The notes: generated by a model from the letters alone, not told the origin. Counted from the first letter of the stretch, positions 43,051 through 58,259 are shown. The stretch: 64,000 bases of DNA from Eledone cirrhosa (GCA_964016885.1 OZ024762.1:25358001-25422000), one strand, 5' to 3'. Program-made: numbers and translations.

Positions 43051-44949
43051 TCTATACTAAGGACAACGACGCATTCATCGGAAACTAATTTTAGAAAAGT
43101 GCACATATCTATTAGAAATAATACATTGATTTATGAGACTTTAACCACTATGAAAACAATATGGTTTTAGTCAGTATCGTAGGAGAAAAACTAAAACGAT
43201 GGTTTCTTCTTCAAAAATTTGTTCTTCACAACGAATTTTAACAGTTCTCATAAATTTTGTTTGCACTGATGAGAGCGCATTCGACCTTAAAGAGATTCAC
43301 GTTTAGTTCAACAAACTCTTCGCCAGTATTTCGTCTTTAAATGACGAAATAGGAAGCAACGTTGCATTTCTCGATCCTAACTTTACTCTTCAAAATTGTT
43401 ATTAATTACTTAACCATTGATCCAGAAAATCATAATGGCTATTAGTACTGTCTTAAAGTTCTTCGAGTCGACGAGGGCAAAACTAAAATTCCAGTTAGAA
43501 CTTGTTCCAAATAATGATTTATTTGAATACAAAATCATTTCATTGTTTGTATGAAAACAATTTATAAACGTTAAAGTCCAGTTAAGCGGAGACAACCGAT
43601 GAGGCCACCAAAACTACTAAAGGGGTTTAAATGGGTTGTAACGATTAGATTTTTTGTTTGTTTCCGATCTAGGAGATAGTGAAAACTCAAATAAAATTAA
43701 TATAAATTCGATACTGGCCGTTTCTCGCCAATTTTGGTATCATTTTGAAAATATTATAGAGATACTGCATTATATATTATAGTCTTACGTTCTGTTAACT
43801 GCTAACTTCTTCGACTTTCACCCTTTGGAAGTCGATAAATGTGTACCAGTTAGAGTACTAGTACTTCTAAATCAATTCCTCTCTCTCTCATCTCCCTCCC
43901 TCATTCTCTCTCTCTATTCCTCTCTCATCTCTCTCTATCCCACTCTCACCTCTCTTGTCTCTACACCCTTTCTCTCTCTCAAATCTCTACATCCTTTCTC
44001 TCTCCCTCTCTCGTCTCTCTCCTCTCTCCACCTTTGTTTCTCTCCCTTTTCCTCTCTCATTTCTCTCTCTCTCTCTCTACCCTTTCTCCCTAACTTTCTC
44101 TCATCTCTCCTCTCTCCACCCTTTGTCTCTCACTCTTTGTTTCTCTCCCTTTCCCTCTCTCATTTCTCTTTCTCTCTCTCTCTCTCTCTCTACCCTTTCT
44201 CCCTAACTTTCTCTCCCTCTCTCCTCTCTCCTCTATCCACACGCTCTCTCTCCATCTCTCTTTCCCCCACTCATCTCTCTCTCTACACAACTGTCTCTTC
44301 AGTCATGACTTGTCTCACAAGCTCTTTATTGATTACCAAGTCGAAGAAATACTCGATACTTCCCCCAGTCTGTCATGGCTTACTAACTCTATACGAACGT
44401 TTAAATTAAATAAACAAACAAATAAATAAATAAATAGAACAGAATCCCAACTACTCCACTAAGACATAAGCGGTCTTTATCTTTAGTTTGTTATGCCTTA
44501 ATTTGAAAAACAAAAATCTTTATTAACTATTTAATTAAAATTGAATTTAAATTGAATCAAAATTGTAATATGCATTCAATGTTATATATAGATGAATTAG
44601 ACAGAGACATAGTTTATATGTAATTATTCTCTATGCCCTCCCCCACATTGTAATCCTGCCTCCATCGCCACAAAATATATTAATTTGTAATTGATGTGAA
44701 AATTAGAAAGACATATACGACTTTAATTTAGTTCTAATTAACGTACTCTTAACTTACTAATTTAGCTATATGTGTAATTAAACAATAGCTTGCAAGCAAC
44801 GTTAATTAAACATGTTGATGAGGTTACGTGTAGATGAAACTTAATTCATTGGCGTCGATTGTGATATATATATATATGTGTGTGTGTGTTGATGGATATA
44901 TGATTATAAATATGAATTAATATATACATATACATATATATATATACAT

Positions 44950-44983
<34 letters not shown>

Positions 44984-45333
44984 ATATATACATATACATA
45001 TATACATATACAGATATATATATATACATATATATACATGTACATATATATATATACATATATATACATATAAATATATATGTATATATATATATGTATA
45101 TATATATATACATATATATTCATATATATATATATATATACATACGGAGAGAGAGAGGGGCGGGGAGAGAGAGAAAGAGAGAGAGAGCCTGGAGTGTTGA
45201 GGTCGGGGAGACCACAAATGATGTACTCAATGCGTGGGACGAAGCAGAGTGGGTATTGAGGAAGGTAAAATCCGACCACGACACCAAGCGCTTTCTCTTA
45301 GATTTACGATGGAATTTATACATTCCACTCTCA

Positions 45334-45415
<82 letters not shown>

Positions 45416-45419
<4 letters not shown>

Positions 45420-45604
45420 AAAAATTACGAAATGGAAATGCGGGTATATAGAATATATTAGGTAACAATTGTTTCTATAGTGTATGAGTTACCTATACCT
45501 CGCTACTTGTAAAGTAGCGAGGTATAGGTAACTCATACACTATAGAAACAATTGTTACCTAATAAATTCTATATACCCGCATTTCCATTTCGTAAAATTT
45601 TTCT
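45416..45604. repeat. Near-perfect ~190-bp palindrome abutting (TA)n
   Basis: Arms meet at ..cctcgctactt-gt-aaagtagcgagg.. (~45510); each arm contains GAAACAATTGTT. Confidence 0.9.
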
Positions 45605-45874
45605 CCATATTTTCTCCGGATTTTAAAACACACTTTATTATACGTTGAGCAATCTCTGACGTCAGTTAACTCCATCCAACGCAACTACTTAGTAACATTG
45701 GAATACAAATTAACTAATTATATATATATATATATTCAGTTTTGTATGGCTTCTTAACACATTGTTTAGCTCTGGTTTTTAAATATTGAGCACTTTGCCA
45801 GTATCATTTCTGATTTTTGCGTTTCGCATCGCTTTCCCTGCACGCCGAAATGCAATTGTCGCTGAATCTTTATT

Positions 45875-45929
<55 letters not shown>

Positions 45930-45936
<7 letters not shown>

Positions 45937-46205
45937 GTCTTGAGGCAGATGGCTCATCTCCCCCTGAGATTATTCAGGTTTCATGGCGTGAAGCAATTGT
46001 GAGTACAATACTTCCCCCTGGACAGGACACCAGTCTATCGCAGGGTTAAACCCCCAGCTATTGCTGGTACTCATTTTGAGCTGAGTAGTCGGGAGCATCG
46101 TGAAATGAAGTGCTTTGCTCAAGAACACAACACGCAACCCAGGAATCGAAGCCACAACATTATGATCGTAAGTCCAAGACCCTTACCACTAGGCCACGTG
46201 CCTCC
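45930..46205 (-). mobile_element. tRNA-derived SINE, MetaSINE-like
   Basis: Reverse complement: ggaggcacgtggcctagtggtaagg..ttcgattcc..gtgttcttgagcaaagcactt..aaccctgcgatagactggtgtcctgtccagggg. Confidence 0.75.
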
Positions 46206-46378
46206 AATCGATATATATAGAGAGAAAGAGCTCAGCCGTCTGGGTCCTGAATCTCTTCATTATATATATATGAAAAAATTCAGGCTGAGCTCTTTTCATG
46301 TGTCACACTCTACTACTACCCCAAGTATCGAGTACTCTGGTGGGTTACTTCCACCTGTTTTCTTTTTACCACACCCTA

Positions 46379-46449
<71 letters not shown>

Positions 46450-46453
<4 letters not shown>

Positions 46454-47123
46454 GAATATGTATAATAAAACCAAAACAATGCAGGTATGGACATAGAAAA
46501 AAGAATGCAATTGCAAAAGATATTGTTGACAATTCGTCTTTTACCTTAGATTTATTTAATGTCCTTAATTTTCGAGATAATATCTCTTCTTCAGAGGGAA
46601 ATAAAGGTCTCAAACCAGCGTTCTAAATATCTAGCCAAGCCATGCTGCCAAGAAATAGTATAGAGTATCTGTTTTATCTCTAATGTCAAAGAGTTAAAAT
46701 TAGGTGGATAACGAGTAGTCTCCCTTTAAAAGGGGTCTGTTTAGGGTTTTTTTAATTTTTTTTTTATACATGCCTGTTTAAGTGTGTGGGAGAATGCATG
46801 AAGGTGTAAGTATGTGAGTGTGTGTAACCCTAAACAAACCCCTTTTAAAGGGAGACTACTCTTTATGCACCTAATTTTAACTCTTTGACATTAGAGATAG
46901 AACAGATACTCTATACTATTTCCTGGCAGCATGGCTTGGCAAGATATTTAGAACGCTGGTTTGAGACCTTTATTTCCCTCTGAAGAAGAGATATTATCTC
47001 GAAAATTAAGGACGTTTAAAATAAATCTAAGGTAAAAGACGAATTGTCAACAATATCTTTTGCAATTGCATTCTTTTTTTCTATGTCCATACCTGCATTG
47101 TTTTGGCTTTATTATACATATTC
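46450..47123. mobile_element. ~670-bp fold-back with a minimal HHR in each arm
   Basis: 46450-46750 is the reverse complement of 46826-47123. CCT-CTGAAGA-AGAGAT(att)ATCTC-GAAAATTA-AGG at 46977-47011 (+) and 46563-46597 (-). Confidence 0.9.
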
Positions 47124-47172
47124 AAACGTATATACCTCATTACACAATGCTTCAAGTGAACTATAACCTCCT

Positions 47173-47245
<73 letters not shown>

Positions 47246-47499
47246 GGAGAGAGAAGGGGGCAGACAGACAGACAGACATGCAATATTGGGAATCGTGACA
47301 TGCTGGTATAAGTAACTGTAGATTTCAATAATTTGTTTCAGGGTTTCATAGGCACACGTGTACGTCTTGCAGGCCGAGGGTTATACATTCGTAGATTGTA
47401 AAGACGTGGAAAAGTTTGCGATGGGAGAAGGTGCTGTATCTTAGAGTTTGTGATTTTGCTTTACATGAGTTGGGGCTGAAATGTTTATTGACTGACTAA

Positions 47500-48048
47500 G
47501 AAGGACTGATGCTAGAGCTGTGAAATCTTGCAGGTATTAATTTCAAATCTTCTTGATAATAACTGCATTGTTTCTTTCCTCATTTGTTCATTCCATGAGA
47601 GTATCTTGGTCGGCTTATGAACCATTCTGCCAACTCTGATTATATATATATATATATATATATAACCTGATTGTATTTTCGTTGTTGTGTTGGCTTCTGT
47701 TCCTTCGTCCCCTTCGTTCAATTTGTCATGCCATTTAACGTATGTTTATTACTCTAAAATGTAACTGAGCGATTTATCGATATCTTCTTATTGAGTGTGT
47801 CGTGCAAGGCTCAGAATATTGTTTTCTTTCGTGGATGCTGGCCGAGCATGGCAAAAGTTCATAGGATGACTATGAAGGACGATGTTAGAGCTGTGAAATC
47901 TTGCAAGCATTAATGTTCAACTCTTCTTGTTAATAACAGCAATAACAGCATTGTTTCTTTCTAGGAACTATGTGGAAAAATAAACCTCATTTGGTCATTC
48001 CATGAGAGTATCTTGGTCAGCTTATAAACTTCTCAGCGGACCCTCGTA
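47500..48048. mobile_element. Two mariner-MITE relics of the 9052-9265 family
   Basis: gaaggactgatgctagagctgtgaaatcttgca..cattccatgagagtatcttggtc occurs twice; 3' TIR ..ggaccctcgta. Confidence 0.7.
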
Positions 48049-48805
48049 TGTGCTTTATCTATGTGAGTTGTTGTTGTTGTTGTTGAACAGCTGGTTAATA
48101 GTGATCGAGCATACATTGATCAAAAGCATTCCTGCCATGACCATCCCATCAATCAAAATTCGTCGGACACGACATTTTGAAAGATGGGATAGGTAATGAT
48201 AGGGTTAATGACATAGACAGTGTCTTTCATTAGAAATATGGTAATGGAAGTGTTAAAGAATTAGGTAATATCTTTCATTGGGAAATATAATCTCGTAAAT
48301 CTGTTACCTCATTTAAAATGTAAGTCTATAATAAATAAAAGATATGCGTTGCTATTTCTTGTAGTTCTACCAACTACACAGTAACTCCCTCCATTTTTAT
48401 AAACGAGCTTCCCTAACTCTGTAATGTAGCTTTGTTATATAAAGACAAAATAGTGACGTGTAACAGTGTATAGCTGTAATTAGAATTCTTAATGCCACTA
48501 ATTACCTTAGACGGCAGCGTTTTAATGCTTGTTTTACGCTTCATACTCAATACAAATATTTATCAGACCACTAGGGGGCGTTTTTTGTTCAGTTTATTTA
48601 TTTATTTGTTCATTCACCATTCTCACATTTCTGTAATGTTATTTACGTATATTCTTATTTGGTGCTGAATTGTTGTTATAATGTTTTCAACTTTTGTTTA
48701 AGGTTGTTCCACTATCTAATTAGCTTGGTTGTTTTAAGTTGTGTAATTTGATTATATATATATATATATGTGTGTTTGTGTGTGTGTGTGTATGATGATG
48801 TGCCG

Positions 48806-48888
<83 letters not shown>

Positions 48889-49030
48889 GAAATAAACATA
48901 GCTGTACACACAATTAAGACAACAAATGTAGACTGCACCAAAAATAATACAAAATATATCCCACAACACGACAATATGTGTAAATAAACACACACACAGA
49001 GACACAAACACACAGGGGCAAACTCGCACA

Positions 49031-49100
<70 letters not shown>

Positions 49101-49142
49101 TATTATATTATATATATGTATGTATGTAAAATACTTATTTCC

Positions 49143-49221
<79 letters not shown>

Positions 49222-49241
49222 ATCTATATAAAAGACTTTTC

Positions 49242-49291
<50 letters not shown>

Positions 49292-49328
49292 TTATATATA
49301 TATGTGTGCGCGTGTTTGTGTGTATATA

Positions 49329-49361
<33 letters not shown>

Positions 49362-50262
49362 ACGCTTTTCCTAATATTTATGTATTGTTGAATACGTTTT
49401 TGTTTTCGTTTTTACATAGGCTACCTTTATTTTCTTGAATGTATGTATACAAATGTTTATTTGTCTGATTGCCATGTTTTTTTCGGTTCTGCAAATTGTA
49501 ATTCTATCGGTTACTGGAAATGGTTCCAGCGGCATATTTTTGTGAAGTTTATAAACGGGCTTTTGTTTGTTTTGTTGATAGACGTATGATTCTATTGTGT
49601 GATGAGAGAAGGAGGCTGCTGGTGGTCAGACGTGAGTTAGGTGAAAGGATTGGCATGTATTTGTAGTATCTAGATGATATGTGCAGAAGAGCGGAAAGTG
49701 ATGTATGGGGGCAAATTGTTGCAGTTAAGTTGGTGAGGTATGTGGGTGTAAGTTCTGTAGTTTAGAAGGGAGGAGAAGAATGTAATACAGAAGTAAATAT
49801 TTCGGTCTTTCAGATAATATATATACATATATATATATGAGAGAGAGGGAGAGAGAGGGAGAGAAAGAGAAATAGAATGTCTATGCTTGCATTATGTATT
49901 TATGTCTTTATAGAAAGAGAGACATTTATATAAGTACAGACATATATAAGCCAAATTATACGACGACTTCGGCCTGAGGACGAATGTTTGGTATAGTTTT
50001 GAAGAGCGTGGTTGGTTTTAATTTATGATTAGTAAGATATGTATATGAAGGAAAGAGCGGGGAGGAGAAGGCGGAAGAATAGGAGGTGATTACTATTACT
50101 GCTACTACTAATAATAATTGTTTCTACTTTAGGCACAAGGCCAGCAATTACCCAGTACATTACTGGTACATTATTTTATCAACCCCGTAAGGATGAAAGG
50201 CAAAGTAAACCTCGGCGGGATAATAATGCGGTCTAATTTAGGCACAAGGCTTGTACCATCCC

Positions 50263-50527
50263 AAGAAGAAGAAGAAGAAGAAGAAGAAGAAGAAGAAGAA
50301 GAAGACGAAGAAGAAAAAGAAAAAGAAGAAGACGAAGAAGAAGAAGAAAAAGAAGAAGACGAAGAAGAAGAAGAAAAAGAAGACGAAGAAGAAGAAAAGA
50401 AGAAGAAGAAGAAGAAGAAGAAGAAGAAGAAGAAGAAGAAGAAGAAGAAGAAGAAGAAGAAGAAGAAGAAGAAGAAGAAGAAGAAGAAGAAGAAGAAGAA
50501 GAAGAAGAAGAAGAAGAAGAAGAAGAA
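50263..50527 (+). repeat. (GAA)n trinucleotide microsatellite following a SINE fragment
   Basis: Direct reading. Confidence 0.95.
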
Positions 50528-50841
50528 TATCAAAAAGAAAGAGATGAACAACAACAACAAATACAACAAGAAGCAGAAGAACAAGAATATTTCCTACAAC
50601 AGCAACACCGAAAACAACAACCATGACAACAACAACAACAACAACGAGAGACTTAACAGAGATTTACTCGGTTCACTGATAAATAATAAACATTTTTTTC
50701 CAACTAATCATAAAATTCTTTAATGTTTTGAAAACCTTAGACGTTTATGCTATAATTTTCCTTTCGCCTATTCATTTTATCATCGCGTATGTCCGTTCTC
50801 CTATAAATTTATATCGCCATGTCTTAACTGTCTCGTATATA

Positions 50842-50938
<97 letters not shown>

Positions 50939-50939
50939 T

Positions 50940-51015
<76 letters not shown>

Positions 51016-51159
51016 GTGTGTGTATAAATATATATGTGTGTGTGTGCGTGTAGGTGTGTATACGTGTTTCTGTATTTACACACACACACACGCACACACA
51101 CATATATATATATATACATATATATATGTATACACATATTTATACACACATATAAATAC

Positions 51160-51231
<72 letters not shown>

Positions 51232-51381
51232 GTATGTATATGTGTGTATAAATATGTATATATATATATATACACATATTTATACACACATATACATACA
51301 TATACATATATATATATATAGAGAGAGAGATAAATATATACACATATTTATACACACATATACATATATATACATATACAT

Positions 51382-51412
<31 letters not shown>

Positions 51413-51415
51413 CAT

Positions 51416-51502
<87 letters not shown>

Positions 51503-51640
51503 CATATACATATATATATATACATACATATATATAAACCCATATACATAATATACATATACATATATATATACATATATATGTATATATACATATATAT
51601 ACATATACATACATATAGATATAGATATATATACATATAC

Positions 51641-51723
<83 letters not shown>

Positions 51724-52078
51724 TTTCAACTCTACATATGTCACGCCAGCAATTTGTTTTCAAGCTTTCTAGTTAAGAATTTCGTTTCGATATGATGGAG
51801 ATTGGAATGCGTTGTAATAATAAGCAAGGGTGTACGTTAGAAAACTAATAAATTACTAACGTATTCTCATAGGTAGCTGGCCAGCTTCTATAACACTCTG
51901 ACAAATTGCAAGACCATATTAAAATATATCTACTATAAAGCTAATGTCTCCACGTTTATATGTACTGTCGCAATATATTAGCCAAAAATCTGATAGTGCC
52001 TCTCGGTAGTAAATTCCAATACATATTTATCTACCTATGTACATAAACACGCATACACACGCCTATACCCACCTACAT

Positions 52079-52122
<44 letters not shown>

Positions 52123-52158
52123 GTGTGTATGTGTGTATGTGTGTGTCTTAGTGCAGCG

Positions 52159-52282
<124 letters not shown>

Positions 52283-52318
52283 GTGTGTATGTGTGTATGT
52301 GTGTGTCTTAGTGCAGCG

Positions 52319-52436
<118 letters not shown>

Positions 52437-52507
52437 CACACATTATATATATAAAGACACATTCATACGCATATAAGTGTATATTTATTTGTGTATATTA
52501 ATGTGCC

Positions 52508-52550
<43 letters not shown>

Positions 52551-52606
52551 GGTGTATGTATTTATATATATATATATATATATTTGTGTGTGTGTGTGTG
52601 TGTGTG

Positions 52607-52642
<36 letters not shown>

Positions 52643-52779
52643 AATACACACAAGGGCACACTAAGACATATACACACATACATATATAAATATATGTATA
52701 TATATATATATATATATGTGGGTCTGTGTATTAAGATATTTACTGACATGTGTTCATATATACAAACATACGCACACAC

Positions 52780-52810
<31 letters not shown>

Positions 52811-53234
52811 AATGTGTGTTGTGTGTGTGTAAATGTTTGTTTGAGGTTGCGTGTCAGTGTATACGTGTGCGTGTATGCGTGTGATCGAAGTAAGTAGGAG
52901 TGTATAACTGTATATTAGTATGGTTGTGTGTATATACATGCGTTATACGTTTGTATATATACACTATACGTGTATACATACATTATACGTTTGTATATAC
53001 GTGTGTATATGAGGTAGGAATATATAAAGTCTCACTAATAATGTAGAAGCTGATATACCTTTGTTTTATTGACTATCGGATGTCGGAATCAACTTTGTAC
53101 AAAGTAATAAAGACACCTCTGAAAGTATAGTCGTAAACGTGTATGTAATATAGTTAGCCCAATACATACAAATACAGACACACAGACACACGCAGAGACA
53201 CACACACACAAAGATGTACGTAACCCATACTCTA

Positions 53235-53895
53235 ACACATACGCAAATATCTATTATTTAAAGCGAAATACTTTTGTCTTGAATCGTGTTTCACGTCACA
53301 CCGATCTTCAGATGAAGTTGGCTCTCGAATGAAGATAGAAAGCAATCCAGTTTAAATAAAGTATATATATTTCACGACATATATTGAGTACTCACTAAGT
53401 TTTTCTTCGGGAAAATGAAGAAAATCCTTTAACAAATACGCACACAAACAAACACACACGCACATATACGCACACACACACACACCGATACACTCACACA
53501 CAGACACACACACACACACACACACACACACGTACGTAAACTACAATCTCACGTATACGCACATATCTATTATTTAAAGCGCAACCTTTGTCTTGAATCG
53601 TGTTTCACGTCACAGCGATCTTCAGATGAAGTTGAGTCTGAAATCAATACTTTACAATATATATTGAGCACTCACTGAGTTTTTCTTCGCGGAAATGCAG
53701 AAAATATTTAACAAACACACACACACACACAAAGACGTACATAAACCAAAATTTCACGCATACGCAGATATCTATTATTTAAAGCGAATGCCTTTGTCTT
53801 CGAATCCAGTTTAAATAAAATATATATACTCTACGACATATATTGAGCCCTCCCTGTGTTTCTCTTCGAGAAATGAAGAAAAACAATTTACCAAA
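53235..53895 (-). repeat. Three tandem 200-320-bp units separated by (CA)n; two contain a degenerate HHR core
   Basis: atatctattatttaaagcg..tttgtcttgaatc recurs at ~53247, 53563 and 53769. Minus strand CTGAAGA-TCG..CGT-GAAAC at ~53288-53311 and ~53602-53625. Confidence 0.7.
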
Positions 53896-54086
53896 CATAA
53901 GCACATACATACACACACTTCTTTGTTTCGTTTGTGGTTCCAGTTGTGTTGTTCGGTCGGCAATTTTCTGGGCAATGGTAGACTGATTTATGACTGCATT
54001 AAACCACCGAGCCTTGTCCAGATATGTGCGAAACTGAACCCATGGAGGACAGCTGAAGCTGTCTTCAGCTGTTCTCCCCGGTTTGG

Positions 54087-54142
<56 letters not shown>

Positions 54143-54240
54143 AGAAGGTATGTAATCGGAAGGTTGATACAATGCGAAATGTGTGGTATTGTTGAAGATA
54201 AAATAAGGTAATAAAGATGCTCTGTTGCACCTGTTCTTTA

Positions 54241-54312
<72 letters not shown>

Positions 54313-54400
54313 GGAAAAATTTGAACAGGAACAAAACAGAGAGGCAGTACAACGAATGTTTATTAATTTCACGCTCTGGCGAGTGGGGTGGTGGTGGGGA

Positions 54401-54432
54401 ACGACGTTTCGGGCATAAGCCCTTCCTCAGGT
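54401..54432 (-). ncRNA. Minimal hammerhead motif in a pLTR-like island (54310-54780)
   Basis: AC-CTGAGGA-AGGGC(ttat)GCCC-GAAACGTC-GT. Confidence 0.65.
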
Positions 54433-54970
54433 GAGAAGTATGTGGGAACAGAGTTCAAAGGGTGTGTAGGGGAGTGGTGGAGAGACATACAGCGAAGGGA
54501 GACGGAGTGTCCGAGCGGGGAGGGCTGAAGGTGGTGTGTGTGTGTAGGTGTACGTGTGTGTGTGTGTGTGTATGTGAAAGTAAGGGTTGGGGGAAGAACG
54601 GGGTTGAATGTTCAGGAAGAGGTGTGTGTGTGGGGAGCGGGGTTGTAGGTCGGAGTGTCTGTGCGTGTGTGGATAGAGGGGTGGGGGAGAGGAATCAGGA
54701 GGCTGAGGGTGTAAATATGTGGTGGAAAGCACGTGTGTGTGGGGTTTAAGCGTGTTGTTGGTGTAGGTGGCATGTGGGAGAACAATTTTTTTTTTTTTTG
54801 GGGGGGGGGTGAGTTATATAGATGATTCCGTAAGAGGATGGTTGAAATGTTGGTAAATTCCTATGATGTTTAGTAGATTCCGTGGTGGTCAAGTTCCACA
54901 TAGATATATATATTATTGAGTAAAATGACAGGAGGCTGGACTGGTGAAATTCCTTAAAGGTTTATTATAA

Positions 54971-55028
54971 ACACTATGCACATTTCAATGACCAGGCTCT
55001 GCAAGAACCCGGTGACATCATCAGGTGT
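54971..55028 (-). ncRNA. Type I hammerhead ribozyme with intact core
   Basis: ACAC-CTGATGA-TGTCACCGGGTTCT(tgc)AGAGCCTGGTCATT-GAAATGTGCATA-GTGT, followed by AATAAA. Confidence 0.8.
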
Positions 55029-55729
55029 CACGAAATTTATCAGATAAAGGAATATAATAATGGTAGACACAATCCAAGGGGCTTAAAATTAGAGAGAAAT
55101 GTTTTAGACGTGAAGTTGACCAGAGCCAGCAGTTGCCAGCCTGGGTGATATATATATAATTAGAAAGTGAACAACACAATATATAACTACACATTACCAA
55201 AGGTTTCAGGATTCTACACAATATTAACATATGTCTAGTTCGCTCATCATTGTCTGGGGTCCTGAAACCTTTGGTAATGGAATAGTTTTATATTGTGTTG
55301 TTCACTTTCTAATTAAATAGCTCTGTTTTATACATAGAGCACTCTTTTTCATTTGCTTTTTCTTCGGAAATACTTAACGTACATAATATATATATATATT
55401 GTACCCTGAATGTGAGGTTGTAATTACTCACAAAAGAGACTTCTGTATGTAAACATGAGGTAAATATCGAGGTTTGAAACGCCTGTGTATTAGAATTCGT
55501 AGGAAAACGGAAAACCTCGGCGTAAGGAAGCTATTAAAACAGAAAAATGGCGCTGAAAGATAGAAATCAGCATCCCGAATTGAGTTGGCTCGAAGAATTG
55601 ATAAGCAGGCTCAATTCTTTGATTACATATATATATATATATATATATATAACAAAAAAAAAGTGTGGTAACGAACCAGGTGGACCATATCGCACCAGAG
55701 TACTCGATACTTAGGGGAGTAGAGTGGGT

Positions 55730-55901
55730 AATAGGAAAAGCGTCAGGACTCCGTCGGCTGAGCTCTCGCCCGTTTCGACAGCTAAACCCGAACTAAACCA
55801 GTAGTACTAGATCCCTGTCGTCCTAATATTACTGGTTTAGTTCGGGTCTAGCTGTCGAAATGGCTGGAGCTCAGCCGTCGGTGTCCTGACTCTTTTCCTA
55901 T
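55730..55901. repeat. Fold-back carrying the HHR 3' half; family of 62590-62780
   Basis: 55730-55810 is approximately the reverse complement of 55823-55901; GAAAT-GGCT-GGAGCTC-AGCC-GTC. Confidence 0.8.
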
Positions 55902-56915
55902 GTATATATATCCGTTTGATGTTGACGTACACGAGAATGTGATCTCAATAGTGAAATAGAGTTTAATTATATTCTTTATTTTGTCTAAGTCTAAGTGATG
56001 CATCTTGTTGCTCTGGAATTTTCACCTGGCTACTCTGAAGATCATCAGACAAGACTTGTTAAGAACACACACGTGTCTGTGGAAGAGAGAACTTAACAAT
56101 TACTCATTAACGCAAAGAGAAAGAGGTTCACTTGATCAAATAAATGAACGCTATTCGAGGATTCTGGCAGAGTGACGTTTCACTTTTTATAACGGTTACA
56201 TGTGATATAACAAGGATTCGATTCCTGTTTCTAGCGAGACCACTAACTCTTGTAGCTGATTCTGTCGTTTGTTTATATGGCTTCCCAATGTAAACTCAAA
56301 ATGGAATTTATCAGACGGAAGTTATATAAATAATGTTGTATATTTAATATATTCATTTGGGCGTTTTTATATATTCAACATCGATTCTAATTAAGATATA
56401 CAGACAATCGGAACAGTTAAAAAATTGATTTTTCTTCTTCTGGTCCAACGAATTCCCAGTTGTTACAACCGCAAGAAAAGAAGATGGCCTGGAGATATCC
56501 CAATAAAACAACCAAATAATGGTTTCTATTCTTTATAGAAACACATTCTTAGATTTCGAGTTTTATCATCCAATATCCCCTGGCAGATATCTCGTTATAT
56601 ATGCAAACATACATACATAAATACATACTTAAATATAAGCACAAATAGTTAAGCGAACACAAACACATACAAACACACAAAGAGAGTCGTATATACATAT
56701 CTATACCTCTACTAGGCCATCTCTCTGCCCTTCTCTATCTCCCGTTATATCTATATATATGGGTGCCTGTATATGTATATATATACACATATACATACAT
56801 ATCTGCACACTCAAGCATATATACACATATACATAGATAGATTTATATATATATATATATATTTATATATATACATACCAGTATATATATATAAATATAA
56901 ACATGTATATCTATA

Positions 56916-56967
<52 letters not shown>

Positions 56968-56998
56968 AGTATATATATATTTATAAACATATATACAA

Positions 56999-57034
<36 letters not shown>

Positions 57035-57092
57035 TATCATATATATATATATATATATCATATCATATATATATAATATATATATATCTATC

Positions 57093-57127
<35 letters not shown>

Positions 57128-57158
57128 CATATATATATGTATATATCATAGATATATA

Positions 57159-57213
<55 letters not shown>

Positions 57214-57238
57214 TATATATGTATATATCATAGATATA

Positions 57239-57363
<125 letters not shown>

Positions 57364-57584
57364 AAGGTATTTGCGTGGGAATATTTATTTTATTGATATA
57401 CGCTATCCTTCAGGCCATCACAGAAAACGAAAAACGAACGCACGAGGGTTTTGCGGCTATATCCCATTTTAAATGTTCCTCCTTCCTTACGTATTAAATG
57501 GCTCTTCTGTCCCTTTTATGCTGTTTAAAACTATGATATATATAGACATAAATATTGAGAGAGGGAGATGGCGATATATATTTT

Positions 57585-57960
57585 ACTTACTAAATCAGCA
57601 AAACCTATGTCTCTATTTTCTTTCAAAGAAATATTCTATTATGTCAGACCAACGCCACCAGCTTTTCTCTAAATATGTATAAAATAACGTGATGATTTTT
57701 TATCGTTCAATTCAAAACGATAGTATCGGCGGCCATCGCTATGGTATAGGTAAATTGCAGACTTCCGGCAATGAGGAATTTTTGACAGAATTTCTATTTT
57801 CGTTTGAGACCAACTTCACAAACGGTGCATCGGCAGATACTTTCGATACGTCAAATAGAGGGAATTGTGGTGTGTGTGTTGTGTTGTGTTGGGTTGCCTT
57901 GTGTGGTGTGAGGATACTCGCTTTTACTCTCTACATTTTGCTACTCTCCCGGGGTATGTT
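57585..57960. promoter_or_regulatory. Possible host promoter / first non-coding exon
   Basis: Unique, CpG-containing segment with YY1-like GCGGCCAT (~57731), ETS ACTTCCGG (~57761), CRE half-site ACGTCA (~57848) and donor-like sites on both sides. Confidence 0.3.
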
Positions 57961-58259
57961 TCGTTACCAGTGCGTGTGGCTTAGTTAAGGAAATGCCATC
58001 TCCTCCTCCTCCTCCTCCTCCTCCTCCTCCTCCTCCCCCTCCTCCTCCTCCTCCTCCCAGAGATTATGTACAAATCCGCAAGTGTACTTGCACAAAGGTT
58101 CCGCTTAGTTACATTGAAACCGAAAGTAGGTGGCTGCAAAGTTTACATTTTAAACAGCATGACCACACAGTAGCGCAGCACAACGAGAAATTTGGATATG
58201 GAGAGAACGTCTGTACAACTCTGTAAGAGTCATTGTACAAAGATTCCGCTTAGTTTCAT

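Noticed and set aside
43065-43640. Unique-looking segment as a possible exon
   Set aside because: Stops in the frames examined and no recognisable motif.
50171-50723. Poly-E/K/R/F/L ORFs
   Set aside because: (GAA)n microsatellite.
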